From: the human T2T-CHM13v2.0 reference genome, Homo sapiens
Reading direction: 5' to 3' (one strand)
NCBI RefSeq assembly: GCF_009914755.1
Contig: NC_060936.1
Length of the DNA stretch: 64,000 nucleotides
The notes below the pieces were generated by a model. The model had not been told where the DNA came from and did not search any database. It saw only the letters and a program-made list of their open reading frames with translations. The translations under genes and the position numbers were made by a program. Below are positions 53,701 to 64,000 of the stretch, in pieces (the first letter of the stretch is position 1; the number at the start of each line of letters is the position of its first letter).

Positions 53701-56229
53701 AAGCTGTGATGAATTGGCATAAAGTGAATGAAGAAGGCTCCCTAAATGTCATCCTACAGCTTTTAACTTATTTCATTGCTTCCTGACTACAGTTTAGTCA
53801 TGTGAACCTTCTCAATGACATTTAATATTGCATCCTAATCCCATCTTTATCAAAATCCTTATTATTTCGAACCAAGGTCATACATTGTGTTTTCCCTCAT
53901 TGTGAAACTAAAAATTACATTTCCAAAAATCAAGGTTTTCTCCACTTCTGATCTAGTCTTTTCTTCATTTCTCTAGGGAAGAAAAAAGTAAGAATACTTA
54001 TCAGTGTATACATTATCTACAAGTTAATTTATGTAGTAATAAAAATTCTTTCTCTAATACAAAATTATCAAAATTAATATTGTAAATCTAAGAATCAAAA
54101 CAAAAAATAGAAAGCAATGAGAGACATATATTAAAAATAAATTAAATCAAATAAGGTATTCCAGGTCTATCAGGATAACTGGGAAAGAAGACATCAACAG
54201 GAGTTAAAATTAATCCTATTTGAAGAAATGGAAACACCTTCAAAATCTCTGGCAAGACATATTAGCTATTGCTTTATATTACATGAGAGGAAACTCATGC
54301 AAAATGTATACATTTAATTTAAAACAAATGTAAACATAAAATCACTTATTATGGGTTACAAAATCAGAATGAATGCATAAGAGCAAATTGAAACACCGAA
54401 ATTTAAGTGCTTATTAAATAAGATAACTATTTACCACAACATAAAAGTAATTAAAGGGTTAAGAAGATATGGAGGATAACCAACCAATATTCTTTTTTAT
54501 ACAGAGAAAAGAAGAAACTAAAAATGTAAAAAAAATAGAATTATGATCAAGTGGAAAATAGAGGAAAATATTCAAAAGTTTAAAAGGTTAGAGCTGAAAG
54601 AAATAATTACTTCCACAGGCTGAAAAGGATGAAGATTAAATTATTACAAGAAAATTGAAAAAAAACCTCACTGAATTACAAACTCAGGGATTATTTATTT
54701 TAAATATCAAAAGTGGGCTTTGACATAGCAATAAAACATTTCTTCAAATTATTTCTATTGACATAATTTTGAAAATAACTGCCACTTTTGAACCACATCA
54801 AACTCTTTGTAAATGTCATAATTAATGTCTTTACCATCCTGTAAATGCATTTTAAGTGCATCAAAATATAGAAATAAAAAGGTTGCATACACTGGCCAAT
54901 ATATCATAGGTAGGAAATGATGGAGCCTGATTTCTGATTTAAAATCATGTTCAATCCACTATATGACTTTTCCTTTGAGGTGGGAGCAGAGTGAGAAAAG
55001 ATACTTTAACTGGAAATATATGAGCTCACACAGCTCTCTTTCTCTCTCTCTTGCTCTCTTTATATAAAATTACAATGTTAGTTTATCAATGTGTCTGCTT
55101 CTATTTTTTAAATGGCTTTATTGACTTTAAAGAAAAAAATTAAAATCTTACAATTTATGCAACAGATTTTATATACCAGAATCTGTCCTATTCTAGTTTA
55201 AGTAAGATTTTATGTTTTGATAAGGAGAAAGTAGATGGCATAAAATTGAAGCAATCACCTCCCTGCCAATATTGAAACATATTTATTATCAGCATGACTT
55301 CAGGAAGCATTCACCTCAGAGCTCTCATGTACTGAAATCACATAAGAAATATCTAAATTAGGAAACCTGCACAAAAGACTCTCTAAAATATTCATAATCT
55401 AAACCAAAGTAAATGTAACTATTATATATTATATATTTGCAAAGCAGGACTAAATTTTTAAAATTAACTCTTAAGTTGGATAACATATTATAAAATATAT
55501 TAGTTAAAAACCATTCAGGACACCAATATGCAAATTGAAACAGATAGAAGAGTAGAAGCAAAGAAACTAAGCCAGGTAGCATTGTTCCCATCTTCTTTAG
55601 ATGTTACTCCTAAGTGTTAATCTTCACTAAGGAAAAACAATGATATTTAGTAATTCACATCAGAAGCTTTGAGATTTCACTCAGAGTGAAAAATAGTATT
55701 CTTTTGCCTTGTAGGTATAAGGTGAGGAATATAATAGTTGAAAAGAAAAGAATGAAAGTCACTGATACTGAACAGCTGCTTCAAATAGGATTAAAATATG
55801 TTCATTTTATCAGACCAACATACACTATAGCACTTATTTAAATAGCTCTCATGCATATGTTCTGACATTCTGGCTCCTAAAGTAAATTCTCAGAATTGGG
55901 AGCATGGCTTTGAAATTATTTATATGTTCTGATTATTGGCATCCTATTAAACCAATGAGTCTGTAATTTTTTTTAAAAAACCTGATTTTGGAAACTTTTA
56001 ACAAAGGCTTCCAATCAAATCACTGCTTGATCTTAACATAAGTGTGTTCCAGGTAAAATGGATTTTAGGTAGAACATCACCACCCTGTAGATCAATATTC
56101 TAGCTCAGTTCAAAGCTCCATCCTGAGCTTTGGTAAAACAAGATCACCACTCCAGATATCTGTTTGGTGCTCCCTAAAAGTCTAAGCAGAAAATAGAGGA
56201 ATCTTGGTGCACATAGAAATCCAAATACA

Positions 56230-56536
56230 GGCCAAGTGTGGCAGCTTATACCTATAATCCCAACACTTTGGGAGAGCGAAGTGGAAGGATCATTTGAGCC
56301 CAGGAGTTGGAGACCAGCCTTGGACAACATAGAGAGATCCTGTCTCTAGAAATATTTTAAAAATTAGCCAGACACAATGGCACATGCCTGTAGACCCAGC
56401 TACTTTTGAGGCTGAAGCAGGAGGATCACTTGAGTCCAGGAGTTAAAGACTGCAGTGAGCTATGATTGTGCCACTGGATTCCAGCTGAGTGACAGAATGA
56501 CACTCTGTATCATAAATAAATAAATAATTTTAAAAG
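56230..56536 (+). mobile_element. Alu (AluJ-like)
   Basis: GGCCAAGTGTGGCAGCTTATACCTATAATCCC...; TSD GAAAT(C/G)CAAATACA. Confidence 0.92.
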
Positions 56537-57017
56537 GAAATGCAAATACACCTAGATGAAGCCAGTGAAATTCTTAGCCTGGAGTATTAAACTGTGAGGT
56601 ACAGAGAACCTCTGAGGCACATGAACCTAATCACTTCACCTAGGTTAAGAGTGATGTCATATAGAAAGCAGTCTTGGATAGTGAGGAAGCCACTGACTAT
56701 GCTATCATCATTTTGCCCAAGCATGCAACGGGGTCTAAGGAGCTGGCCCTGTGGTAAAGGAACTGTGACAAAAGTAGTTAAATTTTTAGAACCCCAGCTC
56801 ACATCTCCCTAACCATAGCAATAATTCCCCAGTTCTCTGTTAAATATACTTAATTAGACCAGTCTCCCCTATTTAGACTGATCATTTGAAAACAGTTCTT
56901 CTTTTATCCTAATATATCCACATAGTATTGGGCTGCCTTGTACTTATAAACTTTCTGTAAACCTTCAGATGTTTACATTCAACTATAAAATTATAACATA
57001 ATTTTCTTTAAAGAAAG

Positions 57018-57302
57018 TTTTTTTGTTTTTATTTTTTTCAGCCCAGTCTGGAGTGCAGTGGTGCAATCTCAGCTTACTGCAACCTCTGCCTCTAAGATTC
57101 AAGGGATTCTCATGCCCCAGCCTCCCTAGTACCTGGCATTACAGGTGTGTGCCACCACACCCAGCTAATTTGTTCATGTTTTTAGTAGAGATGGGTTTTG
57201 CCATGTTGTCCAGGCTGGTCTCAAACTTCTGGCCTCAAGTAATCTGCCCACCTCAGCTTCCTAAAGTGCTGGGATTACAGGCGTGAGCCACCACATGTGG
57301 CC
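57018..57302 (-). mobile_element. Alu (AluS/J-like)
   Basis: Antisense Alu with TSD TAAAGAAAG (57009-57017 and 57303-57311). Confidence 0.92.
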
Positions 57303-57829
57303 TAAAGAAAGCATTAAGATAAATATTTTTCAAGGCCATATTATCCTGGAAAAAAACATTGGTACAGTTATCTAAAATTGGGGGGCAAATGAAATTGTGA
57401 TGAAGTTTCTTAATGCATTTCTTTGCACTGATAAAAACTGTGAATTATCAACTAAAAAATAAATGAACAAACAGTGGTTTCCTGTGGCCAGGGGATATTT
57501 ATAAAGCTTAAAATCCATATGGCCACTAATGTGTCCTTTTTTATGAGGCACTGTGTTTATTCTGATAGATTTATTAATTAAGATACATTTATTCCCATAC
57601 TAGATACAAAATGAACAGATGGTGGATCTATCCACTTTTAGTCTTCTCCCTGAACTAAAAGTGCAGATAATTTACAATTGATATACTATTTTGTACCTTG
57701 TTATTGACTGCCCGACAGTTTCGATATTCATTTAATCTAAAAAAACACTCTGAGTAAACAATGAGAAAATATCACTAATGCATGAGATTTCTGAAATGTA
57801 ACCATTATAAGATTATTACATTTTAACCA

Positions 57830-58710
57830 CAATGTCTGCCATCTAACAAAAAATTAAAAGAAATGATTAAAGAAGTGACCATAAGTTGGGGGCAAAAACA
57901 AGGAAAACAGTCCACAGGTGACTCAGATGTTGGAGCCTGTTGGTAAACACTTTAAAATAACTATTATAAATATTTGAAAGATGTAGGAAGAGGGTAAACA
58001 AAATAGAGAAAACATGAACAATTGAAAATGAGCCTGAAATCTACATGTAGAAATCAAATGAAAATTCTAAAAGTAGGAAATGTCATATTTGAAATTAAAA
58101 GTTGGGGGTGAGTAAAACAGGAGGAAACAGGTGAAGATAAATTTGTTGTACTCAAAGGCAGGTCAGTTGGAAATATCCACACTCTCAAGTTCAGAGAGAT
58201 CAGAAAAGAAAAGACTCAAACAGAAGTTCAGAGACATATGAAACAAACAAACTTTCCAAAATATGTGTATGTCCCACAAATGGTGGAAAGAATATGGCAG
58301 AAACAATGTTTGAAGACATAATGACCAAAGAGTTTCCAAAACTTACTAAAGATATCTATCAACTGATTTGGGAATCTCAGGAAACCTCAATAAGAGCCAA
58401 AGAAAACCATAACTGTGTACCACATATCAAACCATAAGAAGTCCAATAGGAAATCTTAAAAGCACTCAGAAAAAGCAGGCACAACCAGACAAACAATTGA
58501 TAGTTTTAGTAGAAAGTGGAAGCCAAAGGATAATGGAATAGCACCTTCAAAGTCCTGAAGAAAAAAATCTTCCATTTCAGAGCTGTATACTAAGGAAAAT
58601 AAAGGCAAAGTAAACAAAAGCATTTAAATGTTATTGGCAGCATAGCTTCATAGTAAGACACACTACAGAAAGTTGTTATAGTTGAAGGAAAATGATTCCA
58701 AATAGAAAAC
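57830..58710 (+). mobile_element. Ancient L1M ORF1-region remnant
   Basis: A-rich degenerate similarity (TTTGAAGACATAATGACCAAAGAGTTTCCAAAACTT; ATGGAATAGCACCTTCAAAGTCCTGAAG). Confidence 0.5.
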
Positions 58711-59375
58711 AGAACACTTACACACTGTTGGTGGGAGTGTAAATTAGTTCAGCCATTGTGGAAAGCAGTGTGGCGATTCCTCAAAGAGCTAAAAGCAGAA
58801 CTACCATTCAAACCAGCAATTCCATTACTGGGTATACATCCAGAGGAATAGAAATAATTTTGGGAATAGAAATCATTGTACCATAAAGACACATACACGC
58901 AAATATTCATGGCACTATTCACAATAGCAAAGACATAGAATCAACCTAAATGCCCATCAATAACAGATTGCATAAAGAAAATGTGGTACATATACACCAT
59001 GGAATACTATACAGCCATTAAAAAGAATGAGATCATGTTTTTTGTGGGAACATGGATGGAGCAGGAGGCTATTATCCTTAACAAACTAATGGACAAACAG
59101 AAAAACCAAATGCCAAATGTTCTCACTTATAAGTGGGAGCTAAATGATAAGAACTTATGAACACAAAGAAGGAAAAAACAGACACTGCAGTCTACTTGAG
59201 AGGGGAGGGTGGGTGGAGGGAGAGGAGAAGAAAAGATAACTATTGGGTACTGATCTTAATACCTGGGTGAGGAAATATTAATAATATGTACCACAAACCC
59301 CCACCCCCATGACACATTTACCTATGTAACAAACCTTCACAAAAATACAAACCAAAAATTACAGTTAAAAAAAAG
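58711..59375 (+). mobile_element. L1PA13-like 3' end
   Basis: ACACTGTTGGTGGGAGTGTAAATTAGTTCAGCCATTGTGGAAAGCAG...AAAAGATAACTATTGGGTACT. Confidence 0.85.
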
Positions 59376-59859
59376 AAAATGCATGCAACTGACAAAGACA
59401 TGAAGAGAGAAAAAGGTAAATGTAAAAGACTACAAAACAAAAATCTTAAAATATGTTTTGCTGAGTTTAAAATATGCATACAAGTACAAAACATGACAAT
59501 AATTACCAAAGAGCAAAAAAAGCTACATAGAGATAGACTATTTCAAGTCATTCTTGCAGATCTTATGTTGTTCAGGTTGTGGTTAAAAATACTAACTAAG
59601 CTGTAAAAAGTCAAATAATAAATGTTGTACTCATTACTGAAATCATTAAAAGAATATTACAAAATGATAAAACTAAAAAGTTAATAGATAAGAAAAATGG
59701 AACAATAAAAAATGTGTGATCTAAATGATTTTATGAATGTATTAATAAGAATGAAGAACATATGAGGCAAATAGAAAATAACTAGCAAGATAGTAGACAT
59801 AAAACCCATTATAATTATTAGAGTAAATACTTTGTAATTGCTGATAAATATAAAAATGT

Positions 59860-62800
59860 GAGGTCCATTCCAAGATGGCCAAATAGGAACAGCTTCGGTC
59901 TGCAGCTCCCAGCGTGATCAACACAGAAGACAGGTGATTTCTGCATTTCCAACTGAGGTACCTGGTTCGTCTCATTGGGACAGGTTGGACAGTGGGTGCA
60001 GCCCATGGAGGGTGAGCTGAAGCAGGGCGGGGCATCACCTCACCCAGGAAGCACAAGGGCTCGGGAGATTTTCCTTTCCTAGCCAAGGGAAGCAGTGACA
60101 GACTGTACCTGGAAAAATGGGACACTCTTGCCCAAATACTGCACTTTTCCCATGGTCTTAGCAACCAGCAGACCAGGAGCTTCTCTCTTGTGCCTGTCTC
60201 GGTGGGTCCCATGCCTATGGAGCCTTGCTCACTGCTAGAGCAGCAGTCTGAGATTGACCTGCGAGGCTGTAGCCAGGTGTGGGGAGGGGCATACAACATT
60301 GCTGAGGCTTGAGTAGGTAAACAAAGTGACTAGGAAGCTCAAACTGGCTGGAGCCCACCACAGCTCAGCAAGGTCTGCTGCCTCTATAGACTCCACTTCT
60401 GTAGGCAGGGCATAGCTGAAAAACAGGCAAGAGAAACTTCTGCAGACTTAAACGTCCCTGTCTGACAGCTCTGAAGAGAGCAGTGGTTCTCCCAGCACGG
60501 TGTTTGAGCTCTGAGAACGGACAGACTACCTCCTCAAGTGGGTCCCTGACCCCCATGTAGCCTAAGTGGGAGACACCTCCCAGTAGGGGCCAACAGACAC
60601 CTCATACAGGTGGGTGTCCCTCTGGGATGAAGCTTCCAGAGGAAGAATCAGGCAGCAATATTTGCTGTTCTGCAGCCTCTGCTGGTGATACCTAGGGAAA
60701 CAGGGTCTGGAGTGGACCTCCAGCAAACTCCAACAGACCTGCAGCTGAGGTACCTGACTGTTAGAAGGAAAACTAACAACCAGAAAGGAATAGCATCAAT
60801 ATCAATAAAAAAGACATCCACACCAAAACCCCATCTGTAGGTCACAATCATCAAAGACCAAAGGTAGATAAAACCACAAAGATGGGGAGAAACCAGAGCA
60901 GAAAAGCTGAAAATTCTAAAAATCAGAGCACCTCTTCTCCTCCAAAGGATCACAGCTCCTCGCCAGCAATGGAACAAAGCTGGACAGAGAATGACTTGGA
61001 AGAGTTGACAGAAGTAGGCTTCAGAAGGTCGATAATAACAAAATTCGCCTAGCTAAAGGAGCATGTTCTAACCCATCTCAAGAAAGCTAAAAACCTTGAA
61101 AAAAGATTAGATGAATGGCTAACTAGAAAAAGCAGTGTAGAGAAGACCTTAAATAACCTGATGGAGCTGAAAACCATGGCACAAGAACTTCGTGATGCAT
61201 CCACAAGCTTCAATAGCTGATTCAATCAAGTGGAAGAAAGGGTGTCAGTGATTGATGATCAAATTAATGAAATAAAGTGAGAAGACAAGTTTAGAGAAAA
61301 AAGAATAAAAAGAAATGAACAAAGCCTACAAGAAGTATGGGACTATGTGAAAAGACCAAATCTACATTTGTTTGGTGTACCTGAAAGTGACAGAGAGAAT
61401 GGAACAAAGTTGGAAAACACTCTTCAGGATATTATCTAGGAGAACTTCCCTAACCTAGCAAGGCAGGCCAACTTCAAATTTCCTGAATTTGAATACAGAG
61501 AATACCACAAAGATATTACTAGAAAAAAGCAACCCCAAGACACATAATTATCAGATTCACCAAGGTTGAAATGAAGGAAAAAATGTTAAGGGCAGCCAGA
61601 GAGAAAGGTCGGGTTACCCTCAAAGGGAAGCCCATCAGACTAACAGCGGATCTCTCGGCAGAAACCCTACAAGCCAGAAGAGAGTGGGGGCCAATATTCA
61701 ACATTCTTAAAGAAAAGAATTTTCAACCCAGAATTTCATATCCAGCCAAACTAAGCTTCATAAGTGAAGGAGAAATAAAATCCTTTACAGACAAGCAAAT
61801 GCTGAGAGATTTTGTCACCACCAGGCCTGCCCTAAAAGAGCTCCTGAAGGAAGCACTAAACATGGAAAGGAACAACCGGTACCAGCCACTGCAAAAACAT
61901 ACCAAATTGTAAAGACCATCGAGGCTAGGAAGAAACTGCATCAATTAACAGGCAAAATAACCAACTAACATAATAATGACAGGATCAAATTTACATATAA
62001 CAATATTAACCTTAAATGTAAATGGGCTAAATGCCCCCAATTAAAAGACACAGACTGGCAAATTGAACAAAGAGTCAAGACCCATCAGTGTGCTCTATTC
62101 AGGAGACCCATCTCATGTGCAGAGACACATATAGGCTCAAAATAAAGGGATGGAGGAAGATCTACCAAGCAAATGGAAAACAAAAAAAAGCAGGGGTTGC
62201 AATCCTAGTCTCTGATAAAAAAAGACTTTAAACCAACAAAGAGACAAACAACTCAAAAGAGACAAAGGCCATTACATAATGGTAAAGGGATCAATTCAAC
62301 AGGAAGAGCTAACTATCCTAAACATATATGCACCCAATACATGAGCACCCAGATTCATAAAGCAAGTCCTTAGAGACCTACAAGGAGACTTAGACTCCCA
62401 CACATTAATAATGGGAGAATTTAACACCCCACTGTCAACATTAGACAGATCAATGAGACAGAAGGTTAACAAGGATATCCAGGACTTCAACACAGCTCTT
62501 CACCAAGTGGACCTAATAGACATGTACAGAACTCTCCACCCCAAATCAACAGAGTATACATTCTTCTCAGCACCACATCGCACTTATTCCAAAATTGACC
62601 ACACAGTTGGAAGTAAAGCACTCCTCAGCAAATGTAAAAGAAAAGAAATCACAAAAAAACTGCCTCTCAGACCACAGTGCATTCAAATTAGAACTCAGGA
62701 TTAGGAAAATCACTCAAAACCGCACAACTACATGGAAACTGAACAACCTGTTTCTGAATCACTACTGGGTAAATAACGAATTGAAGGCAGAAATAAAGAT

Positions 62801-64000
62801 TTTCTTTGAAACCAATGAGAACTAAGACACAATGACCAGAATCTCTGGGACACATTTAAAGCAGTGTGTACAGGGAAATTTATAGCACTAAATGCCCACA
62901 AGAGAAGCAGGAAAGATCTAAAATTGACACCCTAACATCACAATTAAAAGAACAAAAGAAGCAAGAGCAAACAAATTCAAAAGCTAGCAGAAGGCAAGAA
63001 ATAACTAAGATCAGAGCAGAACTGAAGGAGATAGAGACACAAAAAACCCTTCAAAAAATCAATGAATCCAGGAGCTGGTTTTTTGAAAAGATCAACAAAA
63101 TTGATAGACCACTAGCAAGACTAATAAAGAATAAAACAGAGAAGAATCAAACAGACGCAATGAAAAATGATAAATGGGATATCACCATCAATCCCACAGA
63201 AATACAAATTACCATCAGAGAATACTACAAACAACTCTATGCAAATAAACTAGAAAATCTAGGAGAAATGGATAAATTCCTGGACACATACACCCTCCCA
63301 AGACTAAACCAGGAAGAAGTTGAATCTCTGAATAGACCAATAACAGGCTCTGAAATTGAGGCAATAATTAATAGTCTACCACCAAAAAAAAGTCCAGAAC
63401 CAGATGGATTTACAGTCAAATTCTACCAGAGGTACAAAGAGGAGCTGGTACCATTCCTTCTGAAACTATTCCAATCAATAGACAAAGAGAGAATCCTCCC
63501 TAACTCATTTTATGAGGCCAGCATCATCCTGATACCAAAGCCTGGCAGAGACACCACAAAAAAAGAGAATTTTAGACCAATATCCCTGATGAACATCGAT
63601 GTGAAAATCCTCAGTAAAATACCGGCAAACCCAATCCAGCAGCACAAATAAAAAGTTTATCTACCATGATCAGGTCAGCTTCATCCCTAGGTTGCAAGGC
63701 TGGTTCAACATACATAAATCAATCAACATAATCCATCACATAAACAGAACCAACGACAAAAACCACATGATTATCTCAATAGATGCAGAAAAGGCCTTCA
63801 ACAAAATTCAACAGCCCTTCATGCTAAAAACTCTCAATAAACTAGCTATTGATGGGACGTATCTCAAAATAATTAGAGCTAGTTATGACAAACCCACAGC
63901 CAATATCATACTGAATGGGCAAAAACTGGAAGCATTCCCTTTGAAAACTGGCACAAGAAAAGGATGCCCTCTCTCACCACTCCTATTCAACATAGTACTG
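59860..64000 (+). mobile_element. L1PA (PA6/7-like) with intact 5' end, running off the window; ORF1 (60882-61912) and ORF2 (from 61976) disrupted
   Basis: 5' YY1 motif CAAGATGGCC at 59871-59880; ~1-kb 5' UTR; ORF1 C-terminus (REKGRVTLKGKPIRLTADLS); ORF2 pieces with stops and frameshifts. Confidence 0.95.

Noticed and set aside
59860-64000. Possibly retrotransposition-competent full-length L1
   Set aside because: Multiple stops and frameshifts in ORF1 and ORF2; older L1PA subfamily

Overview
Human genomic DNA, AT-rich and dominated by L1 elements, from the OR6C olfactory receptor cluster (12q13.2, identified from recalled protein sequences and gene order). It holds three single-exon OR ORFs on the + strand: OR6C65 (1089-2027), OR6C76 (26802-27761) and OR6C2 (52762-53700). 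The standout is a full-length 5.46-kb processed copy of the Polycomb PRC1 gene PHC1 (PHC1P1) on the - strand, inserted in an old L1. It has a perfect 13-bp TSD, a poly(A) tail, a CpG-rich 5' end and an intact 1021-codon ORF with a 17-aa in-frame insert that looks like a captured splice isoform, so it is a candidate retrogene rather than a dead pseudogene. Also notable: a young L1PA carrying a ~660-bp 3' transduction with a homeodomain/octamer motif cluster, an inverted L1 5' end, an unexplained ~80-nt hairpin, and motif lesions in two OR ORFs. Gene names and repeat subfamilies come from memory, not database searches.
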